DNA from: Ignavibacteriaceae bacterium
GTDB lineage: Bacteria > Bacteroidota > Ignavibacteria > Ignavibacteriales > Ignavibacteriaceae
Direction: 5' to 3'
Length of the DNA: 64,000 nucleotides
NCBI GenBank assembly: GCA_035654655.1
Contig: DASRWI010000001.1
Location: forward strand, 38,747-102,746
A program made the translations under genes and the position numbers. Positions within the stretch are counted from its first letter, which is position 1, and the number at the start of each line of letters is the position of its first letter. This document shows, one piece after another, positions 20,257-28,439 of this stretch. The notes beneath the pieces are model-generated. The model was given only the letters and a program-made list of their open reading frames with translations, ran no database searches and was not told the origin of the DNA.

Positions 20257-21894
20257 ATGAAAGGCTTTTTAGTTATTCTGTTTATTCTTTTCACCTACTC
20301 TCTATTATTTCCTCAAATCCGTTACTCAACAAAAATAAACAGCAGCATAACAATCAACTACGGGAAAATGTCATCACCGGATAAAAACACTATTTATTAT
20401 GTTTACCGGAGAGGAGACAACAATACTCCTGAAGAACGGCAAATTAAATTTGCACGTTCAACCGATTCAGGAATTTCATTTTCCGAAACTGATATAACCA
20501 TTCCTTATGGGACTTTTAATTCACAAAATATTGAACCAACAATTGTTAGTACAGCCAATTCGGTTATAGCTTATTATTCATTTGATTCAAGCGGAACTGA
20601 GCTTTATTGTTTAGCCCGTTCAACAGATAAAGGTTCAACATTTACCTTAAAAACTTACAACTTTAGTTTTCCATACTTTTTTAATTTCATAAGCGATGGC
20701 TTTTCTAAATATTACTTAAAATATTTTGAACATTATCTAGTTTCAACTGATAATGGAGCAACATTCGTTTCCAAACCATATAATATTCCTGGAAGTCTTG
20801 AAGCAGCTACACCTCAATATTTATGGAGTGCAAAAATTCAGAGCGATACAATTTTTGTTTATCGTTCTACCAATGATGGTTCGACTTTTGATTTAATTAC
20901 AAGCATCCCAACTACAATAGCTGATGGTACCTATTTTACTTATTCAGCATTTGGTAATGAATTAAACATTACTTGGGTTGATGAAGAATGGGGAGCTACA
21001 AAATTAAAGATGGTTAACATCAATGGAAATACAGTAAGTCCAGTTAGAACTGCAGGTCCAATAATGTTAATGGGATATAACACTGCACCTTATGTATTTC
21101 AAACTGCAAATAAAATTTTTATTCAATACAATCAAAAGGTTTGTTACACTACTGATAAAGGAATTACATGGAGCAGGAATTCAGATCAAAGTGCTGAAGC
21201 TGGTCCTAATTATGAGTTGATTGTTGCTGATGATACTACTTTTTATACACATTCATCAGAATATCTAACTGGTGGTTTTTTAAATCTTTGGTTCAGAAAT
21301 TCAAAATGGACAGACCAACCTTTTTCCCCTTTAAAAAATGATACTCTAATTACCGGTAATTTCCTTTTTATTGGAGCACATCCTTCAGTACAGACTTCTA
21401 ATTACCGGCTGCAAATATCAAGTACATCAGATTTTTCCTCACCAGTTATCGATACTCTTTCTAATAGTGATGCAATAGGTATTAATATAAATGGAAGGTT
21501 CGTTAATGATACAAGATATTATTATAGAATGCGTGGTGAAGAAAATACTTATATGACACAATGGTCTTCTAATACTTTTATCTATGGAACAATGGTAGAT
21601 GTTAAAGAAAATCCTACAGATTTAAATAAATATTTTCTATGTGCAAATTATCCAAATCCATTTAATCCATCAACAACAATAGATTTCAATATTTCAGAAA
21701 GAAGTAATGTGAACTTGACAATCTACAATTTACAAGGAGAAGTTGTTGATGTATTATTGAATAAAGAAATGCAACCGGGAAAACATAAAGTTGAATGGAA
21801 TACAGCAAATAAAAATTTAGCAAGTGGAATATATTTTTATAAACTAAAAGCAGGAAATCAAACCGAAACACGGAAAATGATATTGATGAAATAA
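20257..21894 (+). CDS. Secreted Asp-box repeat protein with T9SS C-terminal sorting domain
   Basis: The ATG at 20257 is preceded by CAGGAGAATAAA. Signal peptide MKGFLVILFILFTYSLLFPQ. Asp-box-like STDSGISF, STDKGSTF, STDNGATF, STNDGSTF and TTDKGITW. The sorting domain is almost identical to that of the upstream gene. Confidence 0.75.
   Translation: MKGFLVILFILFTYSLLFPQIRYSTKINSSITINYGKMSSPDKNTIYYVYRRGDNNTPEERQIKFARSTDSGISFSETDITIPYGTFNSQNIEPTIVSTANSVIAYYSFDSSGTELYCLARSTDKGSTFTLKTYNFSFPYFFNFISDGFSKYYLKYFEHYLVSTDNGATFVSKPYNIPGSLEAATPQYLWSAKIQSDTIFVYRSTNDGSTFDLITSIPTTIADGTYFTYSAFGNELNITWVDEEWGATKLKMVNINGNTVSPVRTAGPIMLMGYNTAPYVFQTANKIFIQYNQKVCYTTDKGITWSRNSDQSAEAGPNYELIVADDTTFYTHSSEYLTGGFLNLWFRNSKWTDQPFSPLKNDTLITGNFLFIGAHPSVQTSNYRLQISSTSDFSSPVIDTLSNSDAIGININGRFVNDTRYYYRMRGEENTYMTQWSSNTFIYGTMVDVKENPTDLNKYFLCANYPNPFNPSTTIDFNISERSNVNLTIYNLQGEVVDVLLNKEMQPGKHKVEWNTANKNLASGIYFYKLKAGNQTETRKMILMK
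21652..21894 (+). repeat. Copy 2 of the 243-nt segment encoding the T9SS sorting domain
   Basis: See 19801..20043. Confidence 0.9.
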
Positions 21895-21906
21895 CCTAAT
21901 TCTGTT

Positions 21907-21952
21907 ATTGCGAACCTCGTCCGATTTTAGTCGGACGAGGTGTGGCAATCTC
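21907..21952. terminator. Bidirectional hairpin between convergent genes; member of the ATTGCGA...GCAATCTC nested-hairpin family
   Basis: CCTCGTCCGA (21915..21924) pairs with TCGGACGAGG (21931..21940). Flanked by ATTGCGA (21907..21913) and GCAATCTC (21945..21952), then TTTTTT. Confidence 0.7.
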
Positions 21953-21961
21953 ATTTTTTAA

Positions 21962-23974
21962 TTAACTCTTTCTTAACAACTCCTTAGCCTTGGCATAAAC
22001 ATTATCAACGGTAAAGCCGTACTTCTCAAATAGAATTTTATCAGGAGCAGAAGAACCAAATTTTTCAATACTTATAGAAGCTCCCTTAACTCCAGTATAC
22101 TTACTCCAACCTAATTCAACACCAGCTTCAATTGATAATCTTGCAGTAACTGAAGAAGGTAAAATCTTTTTCTTATATTCTTCAGATTGCTTTTCAAACA
22201 ACTGCCAGCTTGGAAATGATACAACTCTTACCTTCATACCTTCAGCCTCAAGTTTTTCTCCTGCTTTCAAAGCAAGACTTACTTCGCTGCCGCTTGCCAT
22301 TAAAATCAGTTCAGGAGTTCCTTCAGAATCTTTTAATATGTATGCTCCTCTTTCAACTCCTTCAGCAATATTATACTTATTCAAATCAAGAGTAGGAAGA
22401 TTCTGCCTTGTTAATGCTAAAATAAAAGGACTCTCCTTATGCTTAATTGCAGCTTTCCAGGCATAGACTGTTTCATTTGCATCTGCAGGTCTCACAACAA
22501 CTACATTTGGAATTGCTCTTAATGAAGCAAGTTGTTCAATTGGCTGATGTGTTGGGCCATCTTCGCCTAATCCAATGCTATCGTGAGTGAATACATAAAT
22601 AACTTTTATTTTTGAAAGTGCACCCAAACGGATTGCTGGTCTTAAGTAGTCAGAGAAAATCAAAAATGTAGCACCAAATGGAATAAATCCACCATACAAA
22701 GCCATTCCATTTAATATAGATGCCATCCCATGTTCACGTATTCCAAAGTGAATATTTCTTCCTTTATAACTTCCTGGTTTAATTTCATCAAAATCTTTTA
22801 AATGAGTATTGTTAGAAGGAGTTAAATCTGCTGAACCCCCAATAAGACCAGGCAGGTATGAAGCTATTGCATTTAATGTTTTTCCTGAAGCTACTCTTGT
22901 TGCTATTCCTTTTTCATCAAGTTCAAATTTTGGTAATGCTTTTTCCCACTCTCTATATTTGCTGCTCATAAAATCTTCAAACTTCTTCGCATCTTCAGGA
23001 TATTTTTCTGCATACTTATTTCTTAAATCATTCCAATCATTTTCAAGCTTGGCTCCTTTAGATTTAACATCAGCAAAAGCTTTATAGACCTCATCAGGCA
23101 CATAGAAAAATTTATTTTCATCCCATCCTAAATTTTTCTTTGTTAACTTAACTTCCTCATCACCCAAAGCAGAACCGTGGGCTTCTGAACTATCCTGTTT
23201 GTTTGGACTTCCGAATCCAATATGAGTTTTTGTGACAATAAGAGATGGTTTATCTTTTACATTTTGAGCGGCAGTAATTGCTTTTTCTAGAGCATCAATA
23301 TCATTTACATCATTAACCGTTTGAACATGCCAGTTGTAGGCTTCAAATCTTTGGGCAGTTTTATCTGAAAAAGATAGTTCAGTAGATCCATCTATAGTAA
23401 TCTGATTATCATCATAAAAGAAAATCAAATTGCCAAGCTTAAGATGCCCTGCAAAAGATGCAGCTTCGTGACTTACACCTTCCATTAAATCACCATCACT
23501 GCAAATTCCATAGACATAATGGTCAATAAGTTTTAAATCATCTTTATTAAAAATCTCAGCAAAATGTTTTTCTGCTAAAGCAATACCAACAGCATTTGCA
23601 AATCCTTGTCCTAATGGACCAGTAGTAACCTCTACACCGGGGGTATGAGTATTTTCTGGATGCCCCGGAGTTTTACTACCCCACTGCCTGAAGTTTTTTA
23701 AATCGTCTATTGATAAATCATAACCACATAGATGAAGAATGCTATATAATAACATACTGCCATGTCCTGCAGACAAAATAAATCTATCTCTATTAGCCCA
23801 TTTTGGATTAGCCGGATTATGTTTTATGTATTTTGAATAAAGGACATAAGCAATTGGGGCACAACCCATCGGCATTCCGGGATGTCCGCTTTTAGCTTTT
23901 TGAACACCATCAGCAGCTAATAATCTTATAGTATTTACAGCAAGTTCATCAATATGGTTTGAGAATATAGACAT
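21962..23974 (-). CDS. tkt: Transketolase
   Basis: 670 aa with SGHPGMPMG, the TPP-binding motif GDGDLMEGVSHEA, and EDGPTHQPIEQLA. Confidence 0.97.
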   Translation of the reverse strand: MSIFSNHIDELAVNTIRLLAADGVQKAKSGHPGMPMGCAPIAYVLYSKYIKHNPANPKWANRDRFILSAGHGSMLLYSILHLCGYDLSIDDLKNFRQWGSKTPGHPENTHTPGVEVTTGPLGQGFANAVGIALAEKHFAEIFNKDDLKLIDHYVYGICSDGDLMEGVSHEAASFAGHLKLGNLIFFYDDNQITIDGSTELSFSDKTAQRFEAYNWHVQTVNDVNDIDALEKAITAAQNVKDKPSLIVTKTHIGFGSPNKQDSSEAHGSALGDEEVKLTKKNLGWDENKFFYVPDEVYKAFADVKSKGAKLENDWNDLRNKYAEKYPEDAKKFEDFMSSKYREWEKALPKFELDEKGIATRVASGKTLNAIASYLPGLIGGSADLTPSNNTHLKDFDEIKPGSYKGRNIHFGIREHGMASILNGMALYGGFIPFGATFLIFSDYLRPAIRLGALSKIKVIYVFTHDSIGLGEDGPTHQPIEQLASLRAIPNVVVVRPADANETVYAWKAAIKHKESPFILALTRQNLPTLDLNKYNIAEGVERGAYILKDSEGTPELILMASGSEVSLALKAGEKLEAEGMKVRVVSFPSWQLFEKQSEEYKKKILPSSVTARLSIEAGVELGWSKYTGVKGASISIEKFGSSAPDKILFEKYGFTVDNVYAKAKELLRKS

Positions 23975-24065
23975 TAAAAATCTCCAAATTTATTCAACTA
24001 AAAATAAAAAAAAGAATAAGAATATAGAGAACCTACACCCTTAATCTTTTGATAATTGTTTAAAT

Positions 24066-24097
24066 ATAAAAAGAGGATGTTGCCATCCTCTTTTTTA
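24066..24097 (-). terminator. Rho-independent terminator after the 70-aa ORF and the acd operon
   Basis: AAGAGGATG (24071..24079), loop TTGC, CATCCTCTT (24084..24092). T/A runs lie on both sides. Confidence 0.75.
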
Positions 24098-24102
24098 AAA
24101 AA

Positions 24103-24315
24103 TTAATAAGAAATATCTGTAACTTTTATTATCTCAGCATATTTATCAGTTTTCTGCAAAAACTTTACAAATGTTGAGGTAACATATTTTTTATGAGTTT
24201 TCTCATAATCCTTTAACAACTCTTCAACTTTTTTACGAACCAAAGAAGTTTTTATATAATTAAATTCTTCTTTATCATCATAAATCTTGAAGTAGTTAAA
24301 TTTCTTATTTTCCAT
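24103..24315 (-). CDS. Hypothetical small Lys/Glu-rich protein (70 aa)
   Basis: ORF lies 23 nt downstream of the acyl-CoA dehydrogenase gene on the same strand and is followed by a strong terminator. I recognise no motif. Confidence 0.45.
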   Translation of the reverse strand: MENKKFNYFKIYDDKEEFNYIKTSLVRKKVEELLKDYEKTHKKYVTSTFVKFLQKTDKYAEIIKVTDISY

Positions 24316-24338
24316 AGCTTTTATATTTATTTATTTAA

Positions 24339-26060
24339 TTAAATTAAAATTTCTCCAGAGTGTAATATGTCTGAATAAATTTCACTTTTTATTGACTCAG
24401 AATTTTTACGGGCAGCAGCTAATGAGTTAAGAATATATCTATTTGCAATAAATACTTTTCTCGGTTCTTTTTCTGCTTCTTCAAGTAATAAATAACCAAT
24501 TACAAGATAACTATAAAGTTCAACTAAATCCTTAGCAGATAATTCCTGGAAGGTATTATCTTTCTTTTCAGAAATATATTTTAAGCAATCCTTATATATC
24601 AAACGGATTTCTTTAAGAATATCAGCCAGCTTATTTAGTCCGGCTTTAAATTCTTTCTTTTCTTTTTCTTCAAATAAATCTGCAAGAATATCATTTGTAA
24701 CACCGCCTATGGAAGCAACTATCTGAAGCTGCGATGTACCTTCATAAATATTAGTAATACGTGCATCTCTTGCTAAACGCTCAACTTTAAACTCCTTCAT
24801 ATAACCGGTACCGCCGTGTATCTGAATAGCATCATAAGCCATTTTGTTTGAGCATTCAGTTAAGATGTACTTTGACAATGGAGTTAATAAGTTCGCAATT
24901 TTAGTTGCTTGTTTTAATTTTAGATTTTCTTCTCCAAAAGGTTTACCTGCAGCTTTTAATCTTTCAATTTCTTCTTCAAGCTTTTCTTTTGTGTCAACAG
25001 ATTTTGCAGCGTGATAGAATAATGAGCGATTACTTTCAAGCATCACTCTCATTTCAATCAACATATTTGAAACAACTGGAATGTTGTAAATAGGTTTTCC
25101 AAATTGTTCTCTTTCTTTAGCATATTTCAAAGCTTCTTCATAAGCAGCTTGAGAAATTCCTAATGCTTGAGCAGAGACTCCCATTCTTGCACGGAACATC
25201 AAATCAAATACATATTTGATTAATCCGAATTTTCTTTGTCCAACTAATTGAGCGGGAGTATCATTGAACTGCAATTCGCAGGTTGGCGAACCGTGAATAC
25301 CTAATTTATTTTCAATTCTTCTAACCTTGACAGTATTATCACCATAGCAGGCAAAAAGACTTAATCCTCTACCGTCCTTTGTTCCTGCTTCGGAACGGGC
25401 AAGAACTACAAGAACATTTCCATTACCATTGGTAATAAATCTTTTGCAGCCTTTTAAGAACCATTGTCCTTTTTCATTCTGGTAAGCGTGAAGTTTAACA
25501 GCCTGCAAATCAGAACCTGCATCCGGTTCAGTTAAAGCCATTGCACCAGTATATTCACCTGTACAAAAGCCCGGCAGGAATTCTTGTCTTTGTTCTTCAT
25601 TTGCAAATTTTTTAATAGTATCTGCAATATCCTGAAGACCAAAAATGTTCATAAGAGATGCATCAGCTCTGGCGACCATTTCAATTGCCATAACATACAT
25701 AGTGAATGGAAAATTTAATCCGCCATATTTACGAGGTAAAATCATTCCTGAAAGGTCAGCCTGTGAAAGCTCCTTCAAGTTTTCAACAGTACCTTTAGCA
25801 TAATGAACTTTGCCATCAATTAAATGAGCACCCTCTTCATCAACACTTGCTGCTCTTTCTGCAATATGATTACCTGCAATATCACCAACTACTTCAAGAA
25901 CTTTTCTAAAGTTCTCCATTGCATCTTCATAATTTACAGGAGCATAATTATATAATTTACTTTCTTCGTAATTATTTTCTGAATATTTAACAACATCTTT
26001 TAAGTCGAGATTGTTAAAATGAAATAGAATATCTTTATTGTCTAAGAAATAATTCGGCAT
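24339..26060 (-). CDS. Acyl-CoA dehydrogenase, long form with extra C-terminal helical domain
   Basis: 573 aa with TEPDAGSDL, ITNG, and catalytic-base region NIYEGTSQLQ. There is an extra ~150-aa C-terminal extension. Confidence 0.88.
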   Translation of the reverse strand: MPNYFLDNKDILFHFNNLDLKDVVKYSENNYEESKLYNYAPVNYEDAMENFRKVLEVVGDIAGNHIAERAASVDEEGAHLIDGKVHYAKGTVENLKELSQADLSGMILPRKYGGLNFPFTMYVMAIEMVARADASLMNIFGLQDIADTIKKFANEEQRQEFLPGFCTGEYTGAMALTEPDAGSDLQAVKLHAYQNEKGQWFLKGCKRFITNGNGNVLVVLARSEAGTKDGRGLSLFACYGDNTVKVRRIENKLGIHGSPTCELQFNDTPAQLVGQRKFGLIKYVFDLMFRARMGVSAQALGISQAAYEEALKYAKEREQFGKPIYNIPVVSNMLIEMRVMLESNRSLFYHAAKSVDTKEKLEEEIERLKAAGKPFGEENLKLKQATKIANLLTPLSKYILTECSNKMAYDAIQIHGGTGYMKEFKVERLARDARITNIYEGTSQLQIVASIGGVTNDILADLFEEKEKKEFKAGLNKLADILKEIRLIYKDCLKYISEKKDNTFQELSAKDLVELYSYLVIGYLLLEEAEKEPRKVFIANRYILNSLAAARKNSESIKSEIYSDILHSGEILI

Positions 26061-26069
26061 AATCTTAAC

Positions 26070-27086
26070 CTACTTCAATTTATTTTTAAATACTTCAATA
26101 AACATAGGAATCACTTCAGTTGCATCACCAACAATTCCATAATGAGCTACATCGAAAATTGGTGCACCGGGATCACTGTTGATTGCAATTATTTTATTTG
26201 ATTCCTGCATTCCTGCTCTATGCTGTATTGCGCCTGAAATACCTACTGCAATGTAAAGTTTAGGACGAACAGTAACACCAGTCTGACCAACTTGTCTATC
26301 AGGAGTAACAAAGCCGGCATCAACTGCTGCTCTGCTGCCTGCAACTTCAGCACCTAAGGTATGTGCAAGTTCTTCAACTAATCTGAAGTTTTCCCGAGTA
26401 CCTAATCCATAACCTCCTGCAACAATAATCGGAGCAGCTTTTAAATTAACTTTATTTTCTTCTCTGTGCTGTTCAATTATTTTTATAACTTCATCTAAAG
26501 GAGTTGATGTATAAGGAATATTTTTAATCTTCACTTCATATTTCTTTGCAGATGGATGAAGCTCCATTACACCTTCTCTTACCGTTGCCATTTGAACCGG
26601 ATTATCCGGAGTAATGATAGTTGCAATAATATTACCGCCAAAGGCAGGACGAATCTGGAGTAATAATTTTTTATATTCTTTCTTTAAATAAGTTACATCT
26701 TCAATCTGTAAGTCAGTACAATCAGCAGTTAAACCGCTGCGAGTATTTGATGCTACTCTTGGAGCTAAATCTCTTCCGATAATTGTTGCACCAAATAAAA
26801 CTATACGAGGCTGTTCTTTATTTATTAATTCATTTAGAATTCTACTGTAGGGCATTGTCTTATAATCCTTAAGGTCGACATGGTCAACAACATAAGCTTC
26901 ATTAGCACCATAAGTAAAACATTGTTCAGCCACTCCTTTAACATTTTCACCAATAACTACTGCTTTAAGAGTTCCTTCCATTGCATCAGCTAATTTTCTT
27001 CCTTTAGAAAGAAGCTCAAAACTTACATCTGCAGCCTTGCCATTTCTTTGTTCAACAAACACCCAAACTTCATTTGATAATTTCAT
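26070..27086 (-). CDS. etfA: Electron transfer flavoprotein alpha subunit
   Basis: VWVFVEQRNGK start and the FAD-binding C-terminal half (VAGGYGLG, GSRAAVDAGF, QVGQTGVTVRPKLYIAVGISGAIQH). The track start at 27104 is TTG; ATG 27086 is preceded by AAGGAA and is more likely. Confidence 0.9.
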   Translation of the reverse strand: MKLSNEVWVFVEQRNGKAADVSFELLSKGRKLADAMEGTLKAVVIGENVKGVAEQCFTYGANEAYVVDHVDLKDYKTMPYSRILNELINKEQPRIVLFGATIIGRDLAPRVASNTRSGLTADCTDLQIEDVTYLKKEYKKLLLQIRPAFGGNIIATIITPDNPVQMATVREGVMELHPSAKKYEVKIKNIPYTSTPLDEVIKIIEQHREENKVNLKAAPIIVAGGYGLGTRENFRLVEELAHTLGAEVAGSRAAVDAGFVTPDRQVGQTGVTVRPKLYIAVGISGAIQHRAGMQESNKIIAINSDPGAPIFDVAHYGIVGDATEVIPMFIEVFKNKLK

Positions 27087-27096
27087 TTTATATTCC

Positions 27097-27984
27097 TTAT
27101 CCAAAAATGTGGTCTTCCATTAATTTATCTATTAAAGTGCCTATACCTTCTTTGCTGGCATTTACTTTTACCTGACTGCCTCCGCCAAGAACTACAGATT
27201 CAACTTTCCAAACTTTAGTTGGACTTCCCTTCAACCCAATTCTTTCAAGGTCGCAAGTCATATCATCAGTAGTTATAGTTGGTATAAACAAATTACGTGT
27301 CTGATATTCATCAACTAACTTATCTATATATAATAAGGAATTACCTTCAACCATTTTTTCAAGCTCCATTAAAGAACTAGCATTCTTATAAGCCATAACT
27401 TTTTTAGCACTGAATGGACGAGGTTCAACTGCATCTTTCAAAACTGTAAGAAGAACAGGCAATTTGCATTCAAGAATTTCATGACCGCCATCTATCTTCT
27501 TCCTTACAGTTACAGTTTTATCTTTTGCATCAATAATTTCTTCAACATAAGTAATTTGAGGTATGTTAAGCTTTTCTGCAGTTTGAGGTCCAACTTGGGC
27601 TGTATCGCCATCAATAGCCTGTCTGCCGCCAAAAATAAAATCATAATTGCCAATCTTGTTTATTGCTTCACTTAATACATAAGATGTAGCAAGAGTATCT
27701 GCCCCTGCAAATTTTCTATCAGTAATAAGATAAGCTTCATCAGCACCCATAAATAAACATTCACGTAAAACATCGGATGCTCTTGGAGGTCCCATAGTAA
27801 TTGCGGTAACCTTACCTCCGAATCTTTCCTTTACCTGAAGAGCCAGCTCAAGCGCACATTTATCTTCCTGATTAAAAATAGCAGGAAGAAGAGCACGGTT
27901 TACTGTACCATCTTCTTTCATTACTTTCCCGGATATATTTGCAGTATCGGGTACTTGCTTAACTAATACAATCGAATTGTACAT
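27097..27984 (-). CDS. etfB: Electron transfer flavoprotein beta subunit
   Basis: The homologous N-terminus is MYNSIVLVKQVPD. The 27 aa upstream in the track ORF look non-homologous. Contains GRQAIDGDTAQVGPQTAEKLNIPQ. Confidence 0.9.
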   Translation of the reverse strand: MYNSIVLVKQVPDTANISGKVMKEDGTVNRALLPAIFNQEDKCALELALQVKERFGGKVTAITMGPPRASDVLRECLFMGADEAYLITDRKFAGADTLATSYVLSEAINKIGNYDFIFGGRQAIDGDTAQVGPQTAEKLNIPQITYVEEIIDAKDKTVTVRKKIDGGHEILECKLPVLLTVLKDAVEPRPFSAKKVMAYKNASSLMELEKMVEGNSLLYIDKLVDEYQTRNLFIPTITTDDMTCDLERIGLKGSPTKVWKVESVVLGGGSQVKVNASKEGIGTLIDKLMEDHIFG

Positions 27985-28284
27985 ACAGCTCCTGAAATTA
28001 TTATCTATACAAATACCTCTTAAATTCAAAAAATTACGTATGCTCCCAATGATAATGAGAAGCATTAAATTTTTGAAAGAGAAAAAGGTCCTACTAAAGA
28101 AGTGTAAAAACCTAGAATTTAAGAAGTTTAAAATTTAACAGTTAAAGTTAATATTTATCCTAAATAGTGCAAAGAAAAATTGTAGGAAAAAATAATCTCT
28201 AAAAAATACTTTTTACTCCAATAATATTATTGAATTAATTTTTAATGCATACCTACGGCATGAAAATCAATTGGGCAGCTTGGG

Positions 28285-28310
28285 CTTAGCAAACCAGAGG
28301 TTTGCTTAAG
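28285..28310. repeat. GC-rich intergenic hairpin
   Basis: CTTAGCAAACC, loop AGA, GGTTTGCTTAAG (11 bp with one bulge). Confidence 0.6.
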
Positions 28311-28331
28311 TAGTAGAACAACTATGAGTAA

Positions 28332-28366
28332 AAAATTTCCCCCTTCCATCTTCATAGGGAAGGGGG
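28332..28366 (-). terminator. Probable recG terminator
   Basis: CCCCCTTCC (28339..28347) pairs with GGAAGGGGG (28358..28366). On the minus strand the stem is followed by AAATTTTTT. Confidence 0.6.
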
Positions 28367-28391
28367 CAGGGGGATGGGTACCTATATTATT

Positions 28392-28423
28392 GAGATTGCG
28401 ACGCCCTTTGGGCTCGCAATGAC
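28392..28423 (-). repeat. ATTGCGA...GCAATCTC nested-hairpin element (second copy)
   Basis: The minus strand reads GTCATTGCGAGCCCAAAGGGCGTCGCAATCTC. The outer stem ATTGCGA/TCGCAAT encloses GCCC/GGGC. It shares flank words with 21907..21952. Confidence 0.6.
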
Positions 28424-28439
28424 TTCTTTAATTTAAAGA

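Noticed and set aside
17394-21960. The region with two T9SS cargo genes as a mobile element or genomic island
   Set aside because: There is no transposase, integrase, flanking direct repeat or tRNA. The repeat is confined to the 3' coding ends of the two genes.
28240-28430. Hairpin clusters here and at 39789..40034, considered as a CRISPR array, tRNA or other known RNA gene
   Set aside because: There are no regularly spaced direct repeats with unique spacers. I found no cloverleaf, no anticodon-arm geometry and no conserved T-loop (GTTCRA). I could not match them to SRP, RNase P, tmRNA or 6S consensus motifs by eye.
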